From Shigella phage JK23, in sequence record MK962752: a stretch of DNA of 64,000 nucleotides; one strand, given 5' to 3'. The first letter of the stretch is position 1. Every line of letters starts with the position of its first letter. The position numbers were made by a program, and so were the translations under genes. Positions 43,705 to 54,462 of the stretch are shown piece after piece. The notes under the pieces were generated by a model, which had not been told where the DNA came from, made no database searches, and was given only the letters and a program-made list of their open reading frames with translations.

Positions 43705-44622
43705 TCAAAATTCATTAATGCTATTAGTTAATTTAGAAAGACCCGCTTTTACAAAATATGAATAAATTTTGCCACGCGGTGGTAATTTATATGAATTATA
43801 GTAATTCACAATGTTTGAAGCAATATTATCAGGAATATAATCAAAATCAATTAGAACTAAATTTTCTTTATAACGATTATATTCAGATTCTGTGAGAAGC
43901 ACCTTAGCTTGCTCACGGTCATTAGCAATAGCTTCAACGATTGAAGTTTTCATTGAAGGAGTTCGTTCACCTTCAACTCTGGTAAACCAAAAGTCAGATC
44001 GTACTTTAACTGAAGCAACGTTATCCTTTTTGTCGCCTTTAAGGATTTTAGTCATACAGTCAATTTCAGCAGAACCGCTTTTAATTTTAACCCATTTCTT
44101 ATGCATCGGTGACCATTGCTTAACATTTGGATATTTGTGAAGCTGTGTAAAGTCACCATCCGATGAAATGATTAAAATCTTATGTCCTTCTAAAGAGAAC
44201 TTTTTAACAAGAACAGCAATGTGGTCATCTGCTTCATACTTATCAATATCCATAACAATGTATGGCATATAAGCTTTCAATTCATCTATAACTTTATGGC
44301 TGGATTCAAAATAACCTTCCCAGTCCCAAGTAGATTCTTCTCGTGCTTTTCCACGGTTTTTCTTGTAATAGTAAGCGAAATCACGACGCCAGTATCCAGA
44401 TTTCGCGTTATCAATACATAGTACAATTTTAGTGTATCCAAGCGTTTTTGCTTTTTTGACATTAAACTTAATTGAGTTCAATATCAAATGACGAACCATC
44501 GATAAATTAATTTTTTCTTTATCTGGGAAGTTTACCAGAGCAGTTGAAAGAGCAATTTGACTAAAGTCAATAAAGCAAATTCCTTCTTTGTAATCTTCAT
44601 CCAGCATCATTTCTAAATCCAT
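43705..44622 (-). CDS. rnh: RNase H / 5'-3' flap exonuclease
   Basis: Track start is TTG; ATG at 44622 with GAGG Shine-Dalgarno gives 305 aa starting MDLEMMLDEDYKEG. Confidence 0.9.
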   Translation of the reverse strand: MDLEMMLDEDYKEGICFIDFSQIALSTALVNFPDKEKINLSMVRHLILNSIKFNVKKAKTLGYTKIVLCIDNAKSGYWRRDFAYYYKKNRGKAREESTWDWEGYFESSHKVIDELKAYMPYIVMDIDKYEADDHIAVLVKKFSLEGHKILIISSDGDFTQLHKYPNVKQWSPMHKKWVKIKSGSAEIDCMTKILKGDKKDNVASVKVRSDFWFTRVEGERTPSMKTSIVEAIANDREQAKVLLTESEYNRYKENLVLIDFDYIPDNIASNIVNYYNSYKLPPRGKIYSYFVKAGLSKLTNSINEF

Positions 44623-44684
44623 ATGAACCTCGTTCAATTAGTGAGATTTCTATTATATACTATCTAAATCTTAAAGTAAACAGG

Positions 44685-44692
44685 TATAAATA
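44685..44692 (+). promoter_or_regulatory. T4-type late promoter (TATAAATA) for gene 34
   Basis: Exact TATAAATA ~35 nt upstream of gene 34 ATG. Confidence 0.65.
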
Positions 44693-44726
44693 CTTATTAT
44701 TGAAAACACAATAGGAGCCCGGGAGA

Positions 44727-47700
44727 ATGGCCGAGATTAAAAGAAAGTTCAGAGCAGAAGATGGTCTGGACGCAGGTGGCGATAAAATAATCAACGTAGC
44801 TTTAGCTGACCGTACCGTAGGAACTGACGGTGTTAACGTTGATTACTTAATTCAAGAAAACACAGTTCAGCAATATGATCCAACTCGTGGATATTTAAAA
44901 GATTTTGTAATCATTTATAATAATCGTTTTTGGGCAGCAACGGATAATATTCCAAAACCTGCTGGAAATTTTAATAGAATTCGTTGGAAAGCATTACGTA
45001 CTGATGCCGTATATACAACCGTATCATCTGGACCATATCAATTAAAATCCGGAGAAGCAATTTCAGTAGATACATCAGTTGGCAATGACATTGAGTTTAC
45101 TTTACCACCTTCTCCGCTTGATGGAGAAACCGTAATAATTCAAGATATCGGTGGAAAACCTGGCATAAATCAGGTTAAAATAAATTCTTCAAATCAGAGT
45201 ATTGTCAATTTTAGAGGTGAACAGGTACGTTCAGTTTTAATGACTCATCCAAAGTCACAGATGATATTCATTTTTAATAATCGTTTGTGGCAAATGTATG
45301 TTGCTGATTATAGCAGAGAAGCTGCGATTGTTACTCCATCGACTGCGTATCAAGCACAATCTAATGATTTTATCGTACGTAGATTTACTTCTGCTGCACC
45401 AATTAATGTTAAACTTCCGAGATTTGCTAATCATGGCGATATTATTAATTTCGTTGATTTAGATAAACTGAATCCACTTTATCATACAATTGTTACTACA
45501 TACGATGAAACGACTTCAGTACAAGAAGTTGGAACTCATTCCATTGAAGGCCGTACATCGATTGACGGTTTCTTGATGTTTGACGATAATGAGAAATTGT
45601 GGAGATTGTTTGACGGGGATAGTAAAGCACGTTTACGCATTATAACAACTAATTCAAATATTCGTCCAAATGAAGAAGTCATGGTATTTGGCGCGAATAA
45701 TGGAACAACCCAAACAATTGAACTTCAGCTTCCGACTGATATTTCTGTTGGTGATACTGTTAAAATTTCCATGAATTACATGAGAAAAGGACAAACAGTT
45801 AAAATCAAAGCTGCTGGTGAAGATAAAATTGCTTCTTCAGTTCAATTGCTGCAATTCCCAAAACGTTCAGAATATCCGCCTGAAGCTGAATGGGTAACAG
45901 TTCAAGAATTAGTTTTTAATGGTGAAACTAATTATGTACCAGTTTTGCAACTTGCTTATATAGAAGATTCTGATGGAAAATACTGGGTTGTACAGCAAAA
46001 CGTTCCAACAGTTGAAAGAGTCGATTCTTTAAATAATTCTACTAGAGCAAGATTAGGCGTAATTGCTTTAGCTACACAAGCTCAAGCAAATGCTGATTTA
46101 GAAAATTCTCCACAAAAAGAATTAGCAATTACTCCAGAAACGTTAGCTAATCGTACTGCTACTGAAACTCGCAGAGGTATTGCAAGAATAGCAACTACTG
46201 CTCAAGTAAATCAGAACACCACATTCTCTTTTGCAGATGACCTTATCATCACTCCTAAAAAGCTGAATGAAAGAACTGCTACAGAAACTCGCAGAGGTGT
46301 TGCTGAAATTGCTACGCAGCAGGAAACTAATACAGGTATCGATGATACTACAATCATCACTCCTAAAAAGCTTCAAGCTCGTCAAGGTTCTGAAACATTA
46401 TCGGGTATTGTAACTTTTGTATCTACTGCAGGAGCTACTCCAGCTTCTAGTCGTGAATTAAATGGTACAAATGTTTATAATAAAAACACTAATAATTTAG
46501 TTGTTTCACCTAAAGCTTTGGATCAGTATAAAGCTACTCCAACGCAACAAGGCGCAGTAATTTTAGCAGTTGAAAGTGAAGTAATTGCTGGACAAAGCCA
46601 AGAAGGATGGGCAAATGCGGTTGTAACACCAGAAACGTTACATAAAAAGACATCAACTGATGGAAGAATTGGTTTAATTGAAATTGCTACGCAAAGCGAA
46701 GTTAATACAGGAACTGATTATACTCGCGCAGTCACTCCTAAAACTTTAAATGACCGTAGAGCAACTGAAAGTTTAAGTGGTATAGCTGAAATTGCTACGC
46801 AAGTTGAATTCGACGCAGGCGTCGACGATACTCGTATCTCTACACCATTAAAAATTAAAACCAGATTTAATAGTACTGATCGTACTTCTGTTGTTGCTCT
46901 ATCTGGATTAGTTGAATCAGGAACTCTCTGGGACCATTATACCCTTAATATTCTTGAAGCAAATGAGACACAGCGTGGTACACTTCGTGTAGCTACACAA
47001 GTTGAAGCTGCTGCAGGAACATTGGATAATGTTCTAATAACTCCTAAAAAGCTTTTAGGTACTAAATCTACTGAAGCACAGGAAGGCGTTATTAAAGTTG
47101 CAACTCGGTCTGAAACTGTAGCTGGAACGTCAGCAAATACTGCTGTATCTCCAAAAAATTTAAAATGGATTGTGCAGAGTGAACCTACTTGGGCAGCGAC
47201 TACTGCGATAAGAGGTTTTGTTAAAACTTCGTCTGGTTCAATTACATTCGTTGGTAATGATACAGCTGGTTCAACACAGCCATTAGAATCATATGAGAAA
47301 AATGGTTATGCAGTATCACCATATGAATTAAATCGCGTATTAGCAAATTATTTGCCATTAAAAGCAAAAGCCGTAGATAGTAATTTATTAGATGGTCTAG
47401 ATTCGCTCCAGTTCATTCGTAGGGACATTGCACAAACAGTTAATGGTTCACTAACCTTAACCCAACAAACGAATCTGGGTGCCCCTCTTGTATCATCTAG
47501 TACTGCTACATTCGGTGGATCAGTTTCAGCAAATAGTACATTAACTATTTCTAATACTGGAACGGCAACTCGTCTGATTTTTGAGAAAGGACCTCAAACT
47601 GGAACAAACCCGGCTCAAACGATGACAGTCAGAGTGTGGGGAAATCAATTTAGCGGGGAATCAGACACAACACGTTCTACCGTATTTGAAGTTAGTGATG

Positions 47701-48596
47701 AAACGTCTAGTCATTTTTATTCTCAGCGTAATAAAGCTGGAAATATAACATTTAATATCAACGGTACAGTAACACCGATAAATGTTAATGCTTCAGGAAC
47801 ATTGAATGCAAATGGTGTAGCAACATTTGGTAATTCAGTCACTGCAACTGGTGAAATTATTTCTCGAAGCGCAAATGCTTTCCGTGCTATTAACGGAAAT
47901 TATGGTTTCATTGTTCGCAATGATGGATCAGTAACGAATTTTATGCTTACTGCATCAGGCAATCAGACTGGTGGATTTAATGGATTACGTCCATTGTCCA
48001 TTAATAATCAATCTGGGCAGGTCACAATTGGTGAAAGCTTGATCATTGCTAAAGGTGCTACTATAAATTCAGGTGGTTTAACTGTTAACTCGAGAATTCG
48101 TTCTCAAGGTGTTAAAACATCTGATTTATATACCCGTGCGCCGACATCTGATACTGTAGGATTCTGGTCAATCGATATTAATGATTCAGCCACTTATAAC
48201 CAGTTCCCGGGTTATTTTAAAATGGTTGAAAAAACTAATGAAGTTACTGGACTTCCATACTTAGAACGTGGTGAAGAAGTTAAATCTCCTGGTACATTGA
48301 CTCAGTTTGGTAACACACTTGATTCACTTTACCAAGATTGGATTACTTATCCAACGACCCCAGAAGCACGTACCACTCGCTGGACACGTACATGGCAGAA
48401 AACCAAAAACTCTTGGTCAAGTTTTGTTCAGGTATTTGACGGAGGTAACCCTCCTCAACCTTCAGATATAGGAGCGATCCCATCTGATAATGGAATAATA
48501 GGTAATCTTACTATTCGCGATTTCTTACGAATTGGTAATGTTCGCATTATTCCTGACCCAGTGAATAAAACTGTTAAATTTGAATGGGTTGAATAA
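44727..48596 (+). CDS. 34: long tail fiber proximal subunit gp34
   Basis: 1289 aa; internal ~24-aa repeats (TPKKL ... TETRRGIA/VAxIAT). Confidence 0.92.
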   Translation: MAEIKRKFRAEDGLDAGGDKIINVALADRTVGTDGVNVDYLIQENTVQQYDPTRGYLKDFVIIYNNRFWAATDNIPKPAGNFNRIRWKALRTDAVYTTVSSGPYQLKSGEAISVDTSVGNDIEFTLPPSPLDGETVIIQDIGGKPGINQVKINSSNQSIVNFRGEQVRSVLMTHPKSQMIFIFNNRLWQMYVADYSREAAIVTPSTAYQAQSNDFIVRRFTSAAPINVKLPRFANHGDIINFVDLDKLNPLYHTIVTTYDETTSVQEVGTHSIEGRTSIDGFLMFDDNEKLWRLFDGDSKARLRIITTNSNIRPNEEVMVFGANNGTTQTIELQLPTDISVGDTVKISMNYMRKGQTVKIKAAGEDKIASSVQLLQFPKRSEYPPEAEWVTVQELVFNGETNYVPVLQLAYIEDSDGKYWVVQQNVPTVERVDSLNNSTRARLGVIALATQAQANADLENSPQKELAITPETLANRTATETRRGIARIATTAQVNQNTTFSFADDLIITPKKLNERTATETRRGVAEIATQQETNTGIDDTTIITPKKLQARQGSETLSGIVTFVSTAGATPASSRELNGTNVYNKNTNNLVVSPKALDQYKATPTQQGAVILAVESEVIAGQSQEGWANAVVTPETLHKKTSTDGRIGLIEIATQSEVNTGTDYTRAVTPKTLNDRRATESLSGIAEIATQVEFDAGVDDTRISTPLKIKTRFNSTDRTSVVALSGLVESGTLWDHYTLNILEANETQRGTLRVATQVEAAAGTLDNVLITPKKLLGTKSTEAQEGVIKVATRSETVAGTSANTAVSPKNLKWIVQSEPTWAATTAIRGFVKTSSGSITFVGNDTAGSTQPLESYEKNGYAVSPYELNRVLANYLPLKAKAVDSNLLDGLDSLQFIRRDIAQTVNGSLTLTQQTNLGAPLVSSSTATFGGSVSANSTLTISNTGTATRLIFEKGPQTGTNPAQTMTVRVWGNQFSGESDTTRSTVFEVSDETSSHFYSQRNKAGNITFNINGTVTPINVNASGTLNANGVATFGNSVTATGEIISRSANAFRAINGNYGFIVRNDGSVTNFMLTASGNQTGGFNGLRPLSINNQSGQVTIGESLIIAKGATINSGGLTVNSRIRSQGVKTSDLYTRAPTSDTVGFWSIDINDSATYNQFPGYFKMVEKTNEVTGLPYLERGEEVKSPGTLTQFGNTLDSLYQDWITYPTTPEARTTRWTRTWQKTKNSWSSFVQVFDGGNPPQPSDIGAIPSDNGIIGNLTIRDFLRIGNVRIIPDPVNKTVKFEWVE

Positions 48597-48604
48597 GAGG
48601 TATT

Positions 48605-49720
48605 ATGGAAAAATTTATGGCAGAGTTTGGACAAGGATATGTCCAAACGCCATTTTTATCGGAAAGCAATTCAGTAAGATATAAAATAAGTATAGCGGGT
48701 TCTTGCCCGCTTTCTACAGCAGGACCATATGTTAAATTTCAAGATAATCCTGTAGGAAGTCAAACATTTAGCGCAGGTCTTCATTTAAAAGTTTTTGACC
48801 CTTCTACAGGAGCATTAGTTGACAGTAAATCATATGCTTTTTCTACTTCAAATAATACTACATCAGCTGCTTTTGTTAGTTTCATGAATTCTTTGTCAAA
48901 CAATAGACTTGTTGCTATATTAACTAGCGGAAAGGTTAATTTTCCTCCTGAAGTGGTATCTTGGTTAAGGGGAGCAGGAACTTCAGTTTTTCCATCAGAT
49001 TCAGTATTGTCAAGATTTGACGTATCATATGCTGCTTTTTATACTTCTTCTAAAAGAGCTATTGCATTAGAGCATGTTAAACTAAGTAATAGAAAAAGCA
49101 CAGATGATTATCAAACTATTTTAGATGTTGTATTTGATAGTTTAGAAGACGTCGGAGCGACAGGATTTCCAAAAAGAACTTATGAAAGTGTCGAGCAATT
49201 CATGTCAGCAGTTGGTGGAACTAATAACGAAATTGCGCGATTGCCAACTTCAGCTGCTATAAGTAAACTTTCTGACTATAATTTAATTCCTGGTGATGTT
49301 CTTTATCTTAAAGCACAGTTATATGCTGATGCTGATTTACTTGATCTTGGAACTACAAACATATCCATTCGTTTTTATGATGCATCAAATGGATATATTT
49401 CCTCTACCCAAGCTGAGTTTACTGGGCAAGCTGGGTCTTGGGAATTAAAAGAAGATTATGTAGTTGTTCCTGAAAATGCAGTAGGATTTACGATATATGC
49501 ACAAAGAACTGCCCAAGCAGGTCAAGGCGGCATGAGAAATTTAAGCTTTTCTGAAGTATCAAGAAATGGCGGCATTTCAAAACCTGCCGAATTTGGCGTC
49601 AACGGTATTCGCGTTAATTATGTCTGCGAATCGGCTTCACCTCCAGATATAATGGTACTTCCTACACAAGCCTCTTCTAAAACTGGCAAAGTGTTTGGGC
49701 AAGAATTTAGAGAAGTTTAA
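48605..49720 (+). CDS. 35: long tail fiber hinge (knee) protein gp35
   Basis: 371 aa; between 34 and 36. Confidence 0.88.
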   Translation: MEKFMAEFGQGYVQTPFLSESNSVRYKISIAGSCPLSTAGPYVKFQDNPVGSQTFSAGLHLKVFDPSTGALVDSKSYAFSTSNNTTSAAFVSFMNSLSNNRLVAILTSGKVNFPPEVVSWLRGAGTSVFPSDSVLSRFDVSYAAFYTSSKRAIALEHVKLSNRKSTDDYQTILDVVFDSLEDVGATGFPKRTYESVEQFMSAVGGTNNEIARLPTSAAISKLSDYNLIPGDVLYLKAQLYADADLLDLGTTNISIRFYDASNGYISSTQAEFTGQAGSWELKEDYVVVPENAVGFTIYAQRTAQAGQGGMRNLSFSEVSRNGGISKPAEFGVNGIRVNYVCESASPPDIMVLPTQASSKTGKVFGQEFREV

Positions 49721-49724
49721 ACTA

Positions 49725-49751
49725 AGGGAGCCTTTGGGTTCCCTTTTTCTT
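49725..49751 (+). terminator. hairpin terminator after gene 35
   Basis: gggagcc-tttg-ggttccc hairpin followed by a T-run. Confidence 0.65.
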
Positions 49752-49759
49752 TATAAATA
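49752..49759 (+). promoter_or_regulatory. T4-type late promoter (TATAAATA) for genes 36-37-38
   Basis: Exact TATAAATA ~24 nt upstream of gene 36 ATG. Confidence 0.65.
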
Positions 49760-49782
49760 ATATTAAAATAAAGGGGCATATA

Positions 49783-50433
49783 ATGGCTGATTTAAAAGTA
49801 GGTTCAACTGTTGGTGGATCTGTCATTTGGCATCAAGGAAATTTTCCATTGAATTCAGCCGGTGACGATGTACTCTACAAATCATTTAAAATATATTCAG
49901 AATATAATAAACCGCAGGCAGCTGATAACGATTTCGTTTCTAAAGCTAATGGTGGTACTTACACCGGTCCAATTACTATTAATTACGGGGTAAATAGTTA
50001 TCTTCAATTAAGTAATAATGAAACCCCCATCCGAATTCGTTCTGGTGGCGGCACTGGTAATACTCTTGTAGTTGGTGGCTCTTCTGGCGGTATTAGTTTT
50101 AGACCAGCAGGTAGTGAAATCACTACTGGACAAATTACTATTACGCCAGAAGGTTTGACAACATTTACCAAAGCTGTAACGGCTCCATCTGTAACTGTCA
50201 CATCTACTCCTTCCGCAGCATCTGATGCTACTCGTAAAGATTATGTTGATGGAGCAATAAATACTGTTACAGCAAATGCAAACTCTAGGGTATTACGCTC
50301 TGGAGACACTATGACAGGAAATTTAACTGCGCCAAACCTTTTTTCACAGAATCCTGCATCTCAACCTTCACACGTTCCACGATTTGACCAAATCGTAATT
50401 AAGGATTCTGTTCAAGATTTCGGCTATTATTAA
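49783..50433 (+). CDS. 36: long tail fiber distal connector gp36
   Basis: 216 aa; shares GDTMTG motif with gp37. Confidence 0.88.
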   Translation: MADLKVGSTVGGSVIWHQGNFPLNSAGDDVLYKSFKIYSEYNKPQAADNDFVSKANGGTYTGPITINYGVNSYLQLSNNETPIRIRSGGGTGNTLVVGGSSGGISFRPAGSEITTGQITITPEGLTTFTKAVTAPSVTVTSTPSAASDATRKDYVDGAINTVTANANSRVLRSGDTMTGNLTAPNLFSQNPASQPSHVPRFDQIVIKDSVQDFGYY

Positions 50434-50441
50434 GAGGACTT

Positions 50442-52361
50442 ATGGCTACTTTAAAACAAATACAATTTAAAAGAAGCAAAACTGCAGGTCAACGTCCTGC
50501 TGCTTCAGTATTAGCCGAAGGTGAATTGGCTATAAACTTAAAAGATAAAACAATTTTCACAAAAGATGACTCAGGTAGTGTTATAGAATTAGGTTTAAAA
50601 TATGGAGGAACAATTGATGGTTCTTTAACTGTTAATGGAAATATAATTGGAAATTTAACAGGTAACGCTGCAACTGCAACGAAATTAAAAACAGCACGAA
50701 AAATTAATGGTATATCCTTTGATGGGTCAAAGGATATCACGCTAACTCCATCTGACATAAATGTCAATAGCACAACATTTATAAAAAATAATGGCGAATT
50801 ACCTGTTGATGCTAATTTAGATGAGTATGGGCCTGTTGAAGAATATCTTGGTGTTTGGTCGAAAGCAACTTCAACCAACGCTCAACCAGCAAATAAATTT
50901 CCAGAAGAAAATGCTGTAGGTGTGCTAGAAGTATTTGTGGCCGGTCAATTTGCTGGTACTCAGAGATATACAACTAGATACGGAAATGTTTATATTCGTT
51001 CCTTGACTGCTACATGGAACGGAGTAAATGGTCCGTGGAGTGTGTGGCGAAATATTCAATCCGGTACTCGTCCACTGTCAACAACAATTGATCTTAATGA
51101 TCTAGGAGGCGCTGAACACTTTGGTTTGTGGCGAAATAGTTCAAATTCCATTGCTACCTTTGACAGAAATTTCCCAGAAGAGGGGTCGTCAGCTCAAGGT
51201 CTTTTGGAAGTATATGAAGGTGGAAACTATTCTCGTACACAAAGATATACAACCAGATTTGGTGTTGTATATACTCGTTGTCTTGCTGCCGCGTGGGATG
51301 CTTCCGCGCCTAAATGGGGACCGTGGCAACAAGTCGGTAATGTCACACCAGCGACTTTCTATGACGGAGATCTGAATGATTTTAAAACCCCTGGGTTATA
51401 TAATATTTTAGGCACTGATGCCGTTATTAACTGTCCTACAGGTGAAGGTTTGCCGACTGTTATTGTTGGTTTGCTGGAAGTTAAACAACGTGCTTCTGGC
51501 GGTGCTATTTTCCAAAAATTTACTACTGCCGGAACGGGTGCAACTACTCGCGATCGTATTTTTGAGCGTGCATATACTGGTGGTGTGTGGGGTGCATGGA
51601 ACGAAGTATATACATCTTACTCTCTGCCAATTACTTTAGGTATGGGTGGTATTAAAACTCAATTAGCGGAGCTAGATTGGCAAACATTTGATTTTGTTCC
51701 TGGTAGTATGTTTAGCGTTCCTTTGAACAAAATAAAGAACATGCCAGCTAATATGAATTGGGGCACGATTGACGGAAACTTAATTATGTTTTCTGTTGGT
51801 CCTAGCGAGCACACCAGCACAGGACGTACTGTTCAGGTTTGGCGTGGAACTGTATCCCAGACAAACTATCGTTATTTTGTCGTTCGTGTGTTCGGTAATT
51901 CTGGAAATAGAACTTGCACAGTTCGCCGTGTTGTTCTTGAAGACGGATCACATACTTGGACTGCTCAACAAAACTTTAGGGGATTGCTGAATATCACTGC
52001 TGCTGTTAATCTTGGTGCTAATCAGAAAATTTCACTTGCTCCAGGAGCATATATTCAAGCCCCTGCTAGCGGTTCTGGTTCTAATACTTACGCAAATCAG
52101 AATACTACCATTGCGCCATTATATCAGGCTATTGACGATTCAAATAAAAACCAGTTTGCGCCAATTGTTAAACAGAAAAATACTGTAAGTAATATCACCT
52201 TTGCCACTGGTATGGCTATAGGTACATCCGAATATAAGATCATTGCTCAGGGTGATTTATCCGCTGATGGAACAGCAGATGGGTTAAAACAGTGGACTTT
52301 CATGCCGTCAGGTTATTTTAAATCTCCAGGGCGTGTATATGTCATTATATCAGGCTATTGA
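50442..52361 (+). CDS. 37: long tail fiber distal subunit gp37, 5' part; frame broken by a 226-bp tandem duplication
   Basis: N-terminus [13 protein letters not shown] as in T-even gp37; frame ends at TGA 52359-52361 inside the second repeat copy. Confidence 0.75.
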   Translation: MATLKQIQFKRSKTAGQRPAASVLAEGELAINLKDKTIFTKDDSGSVIELGLKYGGTIDGSLTVNGNIIGNLTGNAATATKLKTARKINGISFDGSKDITLTPSDINVNSTTFIKNNGELPVDANLDEYGPVEEYLGVWSKATSTNAQPANKFPEENAVGVLEVFVAGQFAGTQRYTTRYGNVYIRSLTATWNGVNGPWSVWRNIQSGTRPLSTTIDLNDLGGAEHFGLWRNSSNSIATFDRNFPEEGSSAQGLLEVYEGGNYSRTQRYTTRFGVVYTRCLAAAWDASAPKWGPWQQVGNVTPATFYDGDLNDFKTPGLYNILGTDAVINCPTGEGLPTVIVGLLEVKQRASGGAIFQKFTTAGTGATTRDRIFERAYTGGVWGAWNEVYTSYSLPITLGMGGIKTQLAELDWQTFDFVPGSMFSVPLNKIKNMPANMNWGTIDGNLIMFSVGPSEHTSTGRTVQVWRGTVSQTNYRYFVVRVFGNSGNRTCTVRRVVLEDGSHTWTAQQNFRGLLNITAAVNLGANQKISLAPGAYIQAPASGSGSNTYANQNTTIAPLYQAIDDSNKNQFAPIVKQKNTVSNITFATGMAIGTSEYKIIAQGDLSADGTADGLKQWTFMPSGYFKSPGRVYVIISGY

Positions 52362-52569
52362 CGATTCAAATAAAAACCAGTTTGCGCCAATTGTTAAACA
52401 GAAAAATACTGTAAGTAATATCACCTTTGCCACTGGTATGGCTATAGGTACATCCGAATATAAGATCATTGCTCAGGGTGATTTATCCGCTGATGGAACA
52501 GCAGATGGGTTAAAACAGTGGACTTTCATGCCGTCAGGTTATTTTAAATCTCCAGGGCGTGTATATGTC
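52118..52569 (+). repeat. perfect direct tandem duplication, 2 x 226 bp, inside gene 37
   Basis: 52118-52343 is identical to 52344-52569; 226 is not divisible by 3. Confidence 0.9.
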
Positions 52570-53613
52570 GGTGATGCGTTCCTTAATACAGATGGTAATA
52601 TTGCCGGTTCAATCTGGAAGAAATATAACAATGCGACAAATTTAGATGCTGCCTTGAATACTCGCGTAGGTAAAGGCGGTGATACGATGACAGGTCGGTT
52701 AACAATCAATGCACCTAATGATTCTATTGTATTATCAACGACTGCTAGTAATTCTTTGCATATTCGTGGTGACATAGACGGGACTGGTAACTGGTATATT
52801 GGTAAGGGTGGTGCTGATAATTCGCTAGCATTTTATAGCTATGCTTCTCAGGCGGCAGTACATATCACAAACAATGGTGAGATTGCGTTAAACCCGCAAA
52901 ATACCGCAATGGTTAACGTTAACCGTGACCGTGTACACATTAACGGTTCTGGATGGATTGCTAGACAACCGGGTGATTGGGGCAACCAATGGCGAGTAGA
53001 AGCTCCATTATTCGTTGATCATGGTTATGTTTCACAGGATTGTTATTATCCTATTCTTAAAGCAAGAAGCGTTATAACCAATCAAGGATATAGCACCGCT
53101 GTTGACTTTGGTATGCGTCGTATTCCATCACAGTGGGGGCAAGCAATCATTCGTGTCGGATCCACGGAGGCTTCTCCTGATGCTGGACACCCACAAGCTA
53201 TATTTGAATTCCATCATGATGGATTCTTTTATACACCAGGAAATGGTAGCTTTAGCGATGTGTATATTCGTTCTGACTCCCGTCTCAAGATTAATAAAGA
53301 AGAATTAGAATATGGAGCGGTCGAAAAAGTTTGCCGACTGAAAGTTTATATTTACGATAAAGTTAAGTCTATTAAAGACCGTAGTGTTATTAAACGTGAA
53401 GTTGGTATTATTGCTCAGGACCTTGAAAAGGAATTACCGGAAGCTGTATCTAAAGTTGAAGTTGATGGATCTGATGTTCTGACAATTTCTAACTCTGCTG
53501 TGAATGCTCTTTTAATTAAGGCTATTCAGGAAATGAGTGAAGAAATTAAAGAATTGAAAACGCCTCTCTTTACTAAAATTGCTCGCAAAATTAGTAAATA
53601 TTTTAAATTCTAA
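52333..53613 (+). CDS. 37: long tail fiber distal subunit gp37, 3' part (in frame only downstream of the duplication)
   Basis: Track ORF (GTG start) resumes gp37 frame; C-terminal domain carries an SDxRxK motif like intramolecular-chaperone autoproteolysis sites. Confidence 0.65.
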   Translation: MYMSLYQAIDDSNKNQFAPIVKQKNTVSNITFATGMAIGTSEYKIIAQGDLSADGTADGLKQWTFMPSGYFKSPGRVYVGDAFLNTDGNIAGSIWKKYNNATNLDAALNTRVGKGGDTMTGRLTINAPNDSIVLSTTASNSLHIRGDIDGTGNWYIGKGGADNSLAFYSYASQAAVHITNNGEIALNPQNTAMVNVNRDRVHINGSGWIARQPGDWGNQWRVEAPLFVDHGYVSQDCYYPILKARSVITNQGYSTAVDFGMRRIPSQWGQAIIRVGSTEASPDAGHPQAIFEFHHDGFFYTPGNGSFSDVYIRSDSRLKINKEELEYGAVEKVCRLKVYIYDKVKSIKDRSVIKREVGIIAQDLEKELPEAVSKVEVDGSDVLTISNSAVNALLIKAIQEMSEEIKELKTPLFTKIARKISKYFKF

Positions 53614-53649
53614 CAACAAGGGGGAAATGCCCCCTTTGGAGTATAAATT

Positions 53650-54432
53650 ATGGCAGTAGTTGGTGTTCCTGGTTGGATTGGAAGTTCAGCCGCAAATGAA
53701 ACAGGACAGCGCTGGATGAGTCAAGCGGCTGGTCAATTAAGATTGGGTGTTCCTTGCTGGATGAGTCAATTTGCAGGTCGCTCACGAGAAATTATTCACA
53801 CGCTTGGAGCAGACCATAACTTCAATGGTCAATGGTTCCGAGATAGATGTTTTGAGGCAGGTAGTGCACCTATAGTGTTTAATATTACAGGTGATTTAGT
53901 ATCATATTCTAAAGATGTTCCTTTATTCTTCATGTACGGAGATACACCAAATGAATATGTTCAGTTAAATATACATGGCGTAACGATGTATGGACGTGGC
54001 GGTAATGGTGGTAGCAATAGTCCTGGCTCAGCTGGAGGTCATTGTATTCAAAACGATATTGGTGGGAGACTAAGAATTAATAATGGTGGAGCTATTGCTG
54101 GCGGCGGTGGCGGCGGTGGCGGCGGATATTATTCTCCTTTTTCACAAATGAGATTAACCTTTGGCGGTGGTGGTGGGCGTCCGTTTGGTGCACCTGGCGG
54201 ATCTATTGATATGCAATCAGGCGCAACTGCTGGTACTATTTCTGCACCTGGCTCAGGATCCGTGAATGGTATCTATAATGGTGGAAACGGTGGTGAAGTA
54301 GGTTCCGCGGGAGGTAGATGCAATATTCGCGGTCAAGGATCTGAATATAATGGCGGCGCTGCTGGTTATGCTGTCATAGGGTCTGCTCCAACGTGGCAAA
54401 ATGTTGGAGCAATATATGGTCCAAGAGTATAA
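53650..54432 (+). CDS. 38: gp38 receptor-binding adhesin (T2-type) with glycine-rich motifs
   Basis: 260 aa; poly-Gly/Gly-rich blocks separated by variable segments; follows gene 37. Confidence 0.85.
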   Translation: MAVVGVPGWIGSSAANETGQRWMSQAAGQLRLGVPCWMSQFAGRSREIIHTLGADHNFNGQWFRDRCFEAGSAPIVFNITGDLVSYSKDVPLFFMYGDTPNEYVQLNIHGVTMYGRGGNGGSNSPGSAGGHCIQNDIGGRLRINNGGAIAGGGGGGGGGYYSPFSQMRLTFGGGGGRPFGAPGGSIDMQSGATAGTISAPGSGSVNGIYNGGNGGEVGSAGGRCNIRGQGSEYNGGAAGYAVIGSAPTWQNVGAIYGPRV

Positions 54433-54462
54433 TGTGAATAAATACCCTTAAAAGGAGGGTCT

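Noticed and set aside
50442-53613. Possibility that the gene 37 frame break is a programmed ribosomal frameshift
   Set aside because: No slippery heptamer or downstream stimulatory structure at the junction; an exact 226-bp duplicated block fully explains the break.
54100-54126. Poly-GGC tract as low-complexity sequencing artefact
   Set aside because: It is in frame and encodes one of several glycine-rich motifs typical of T2-type gp38 adhesins.
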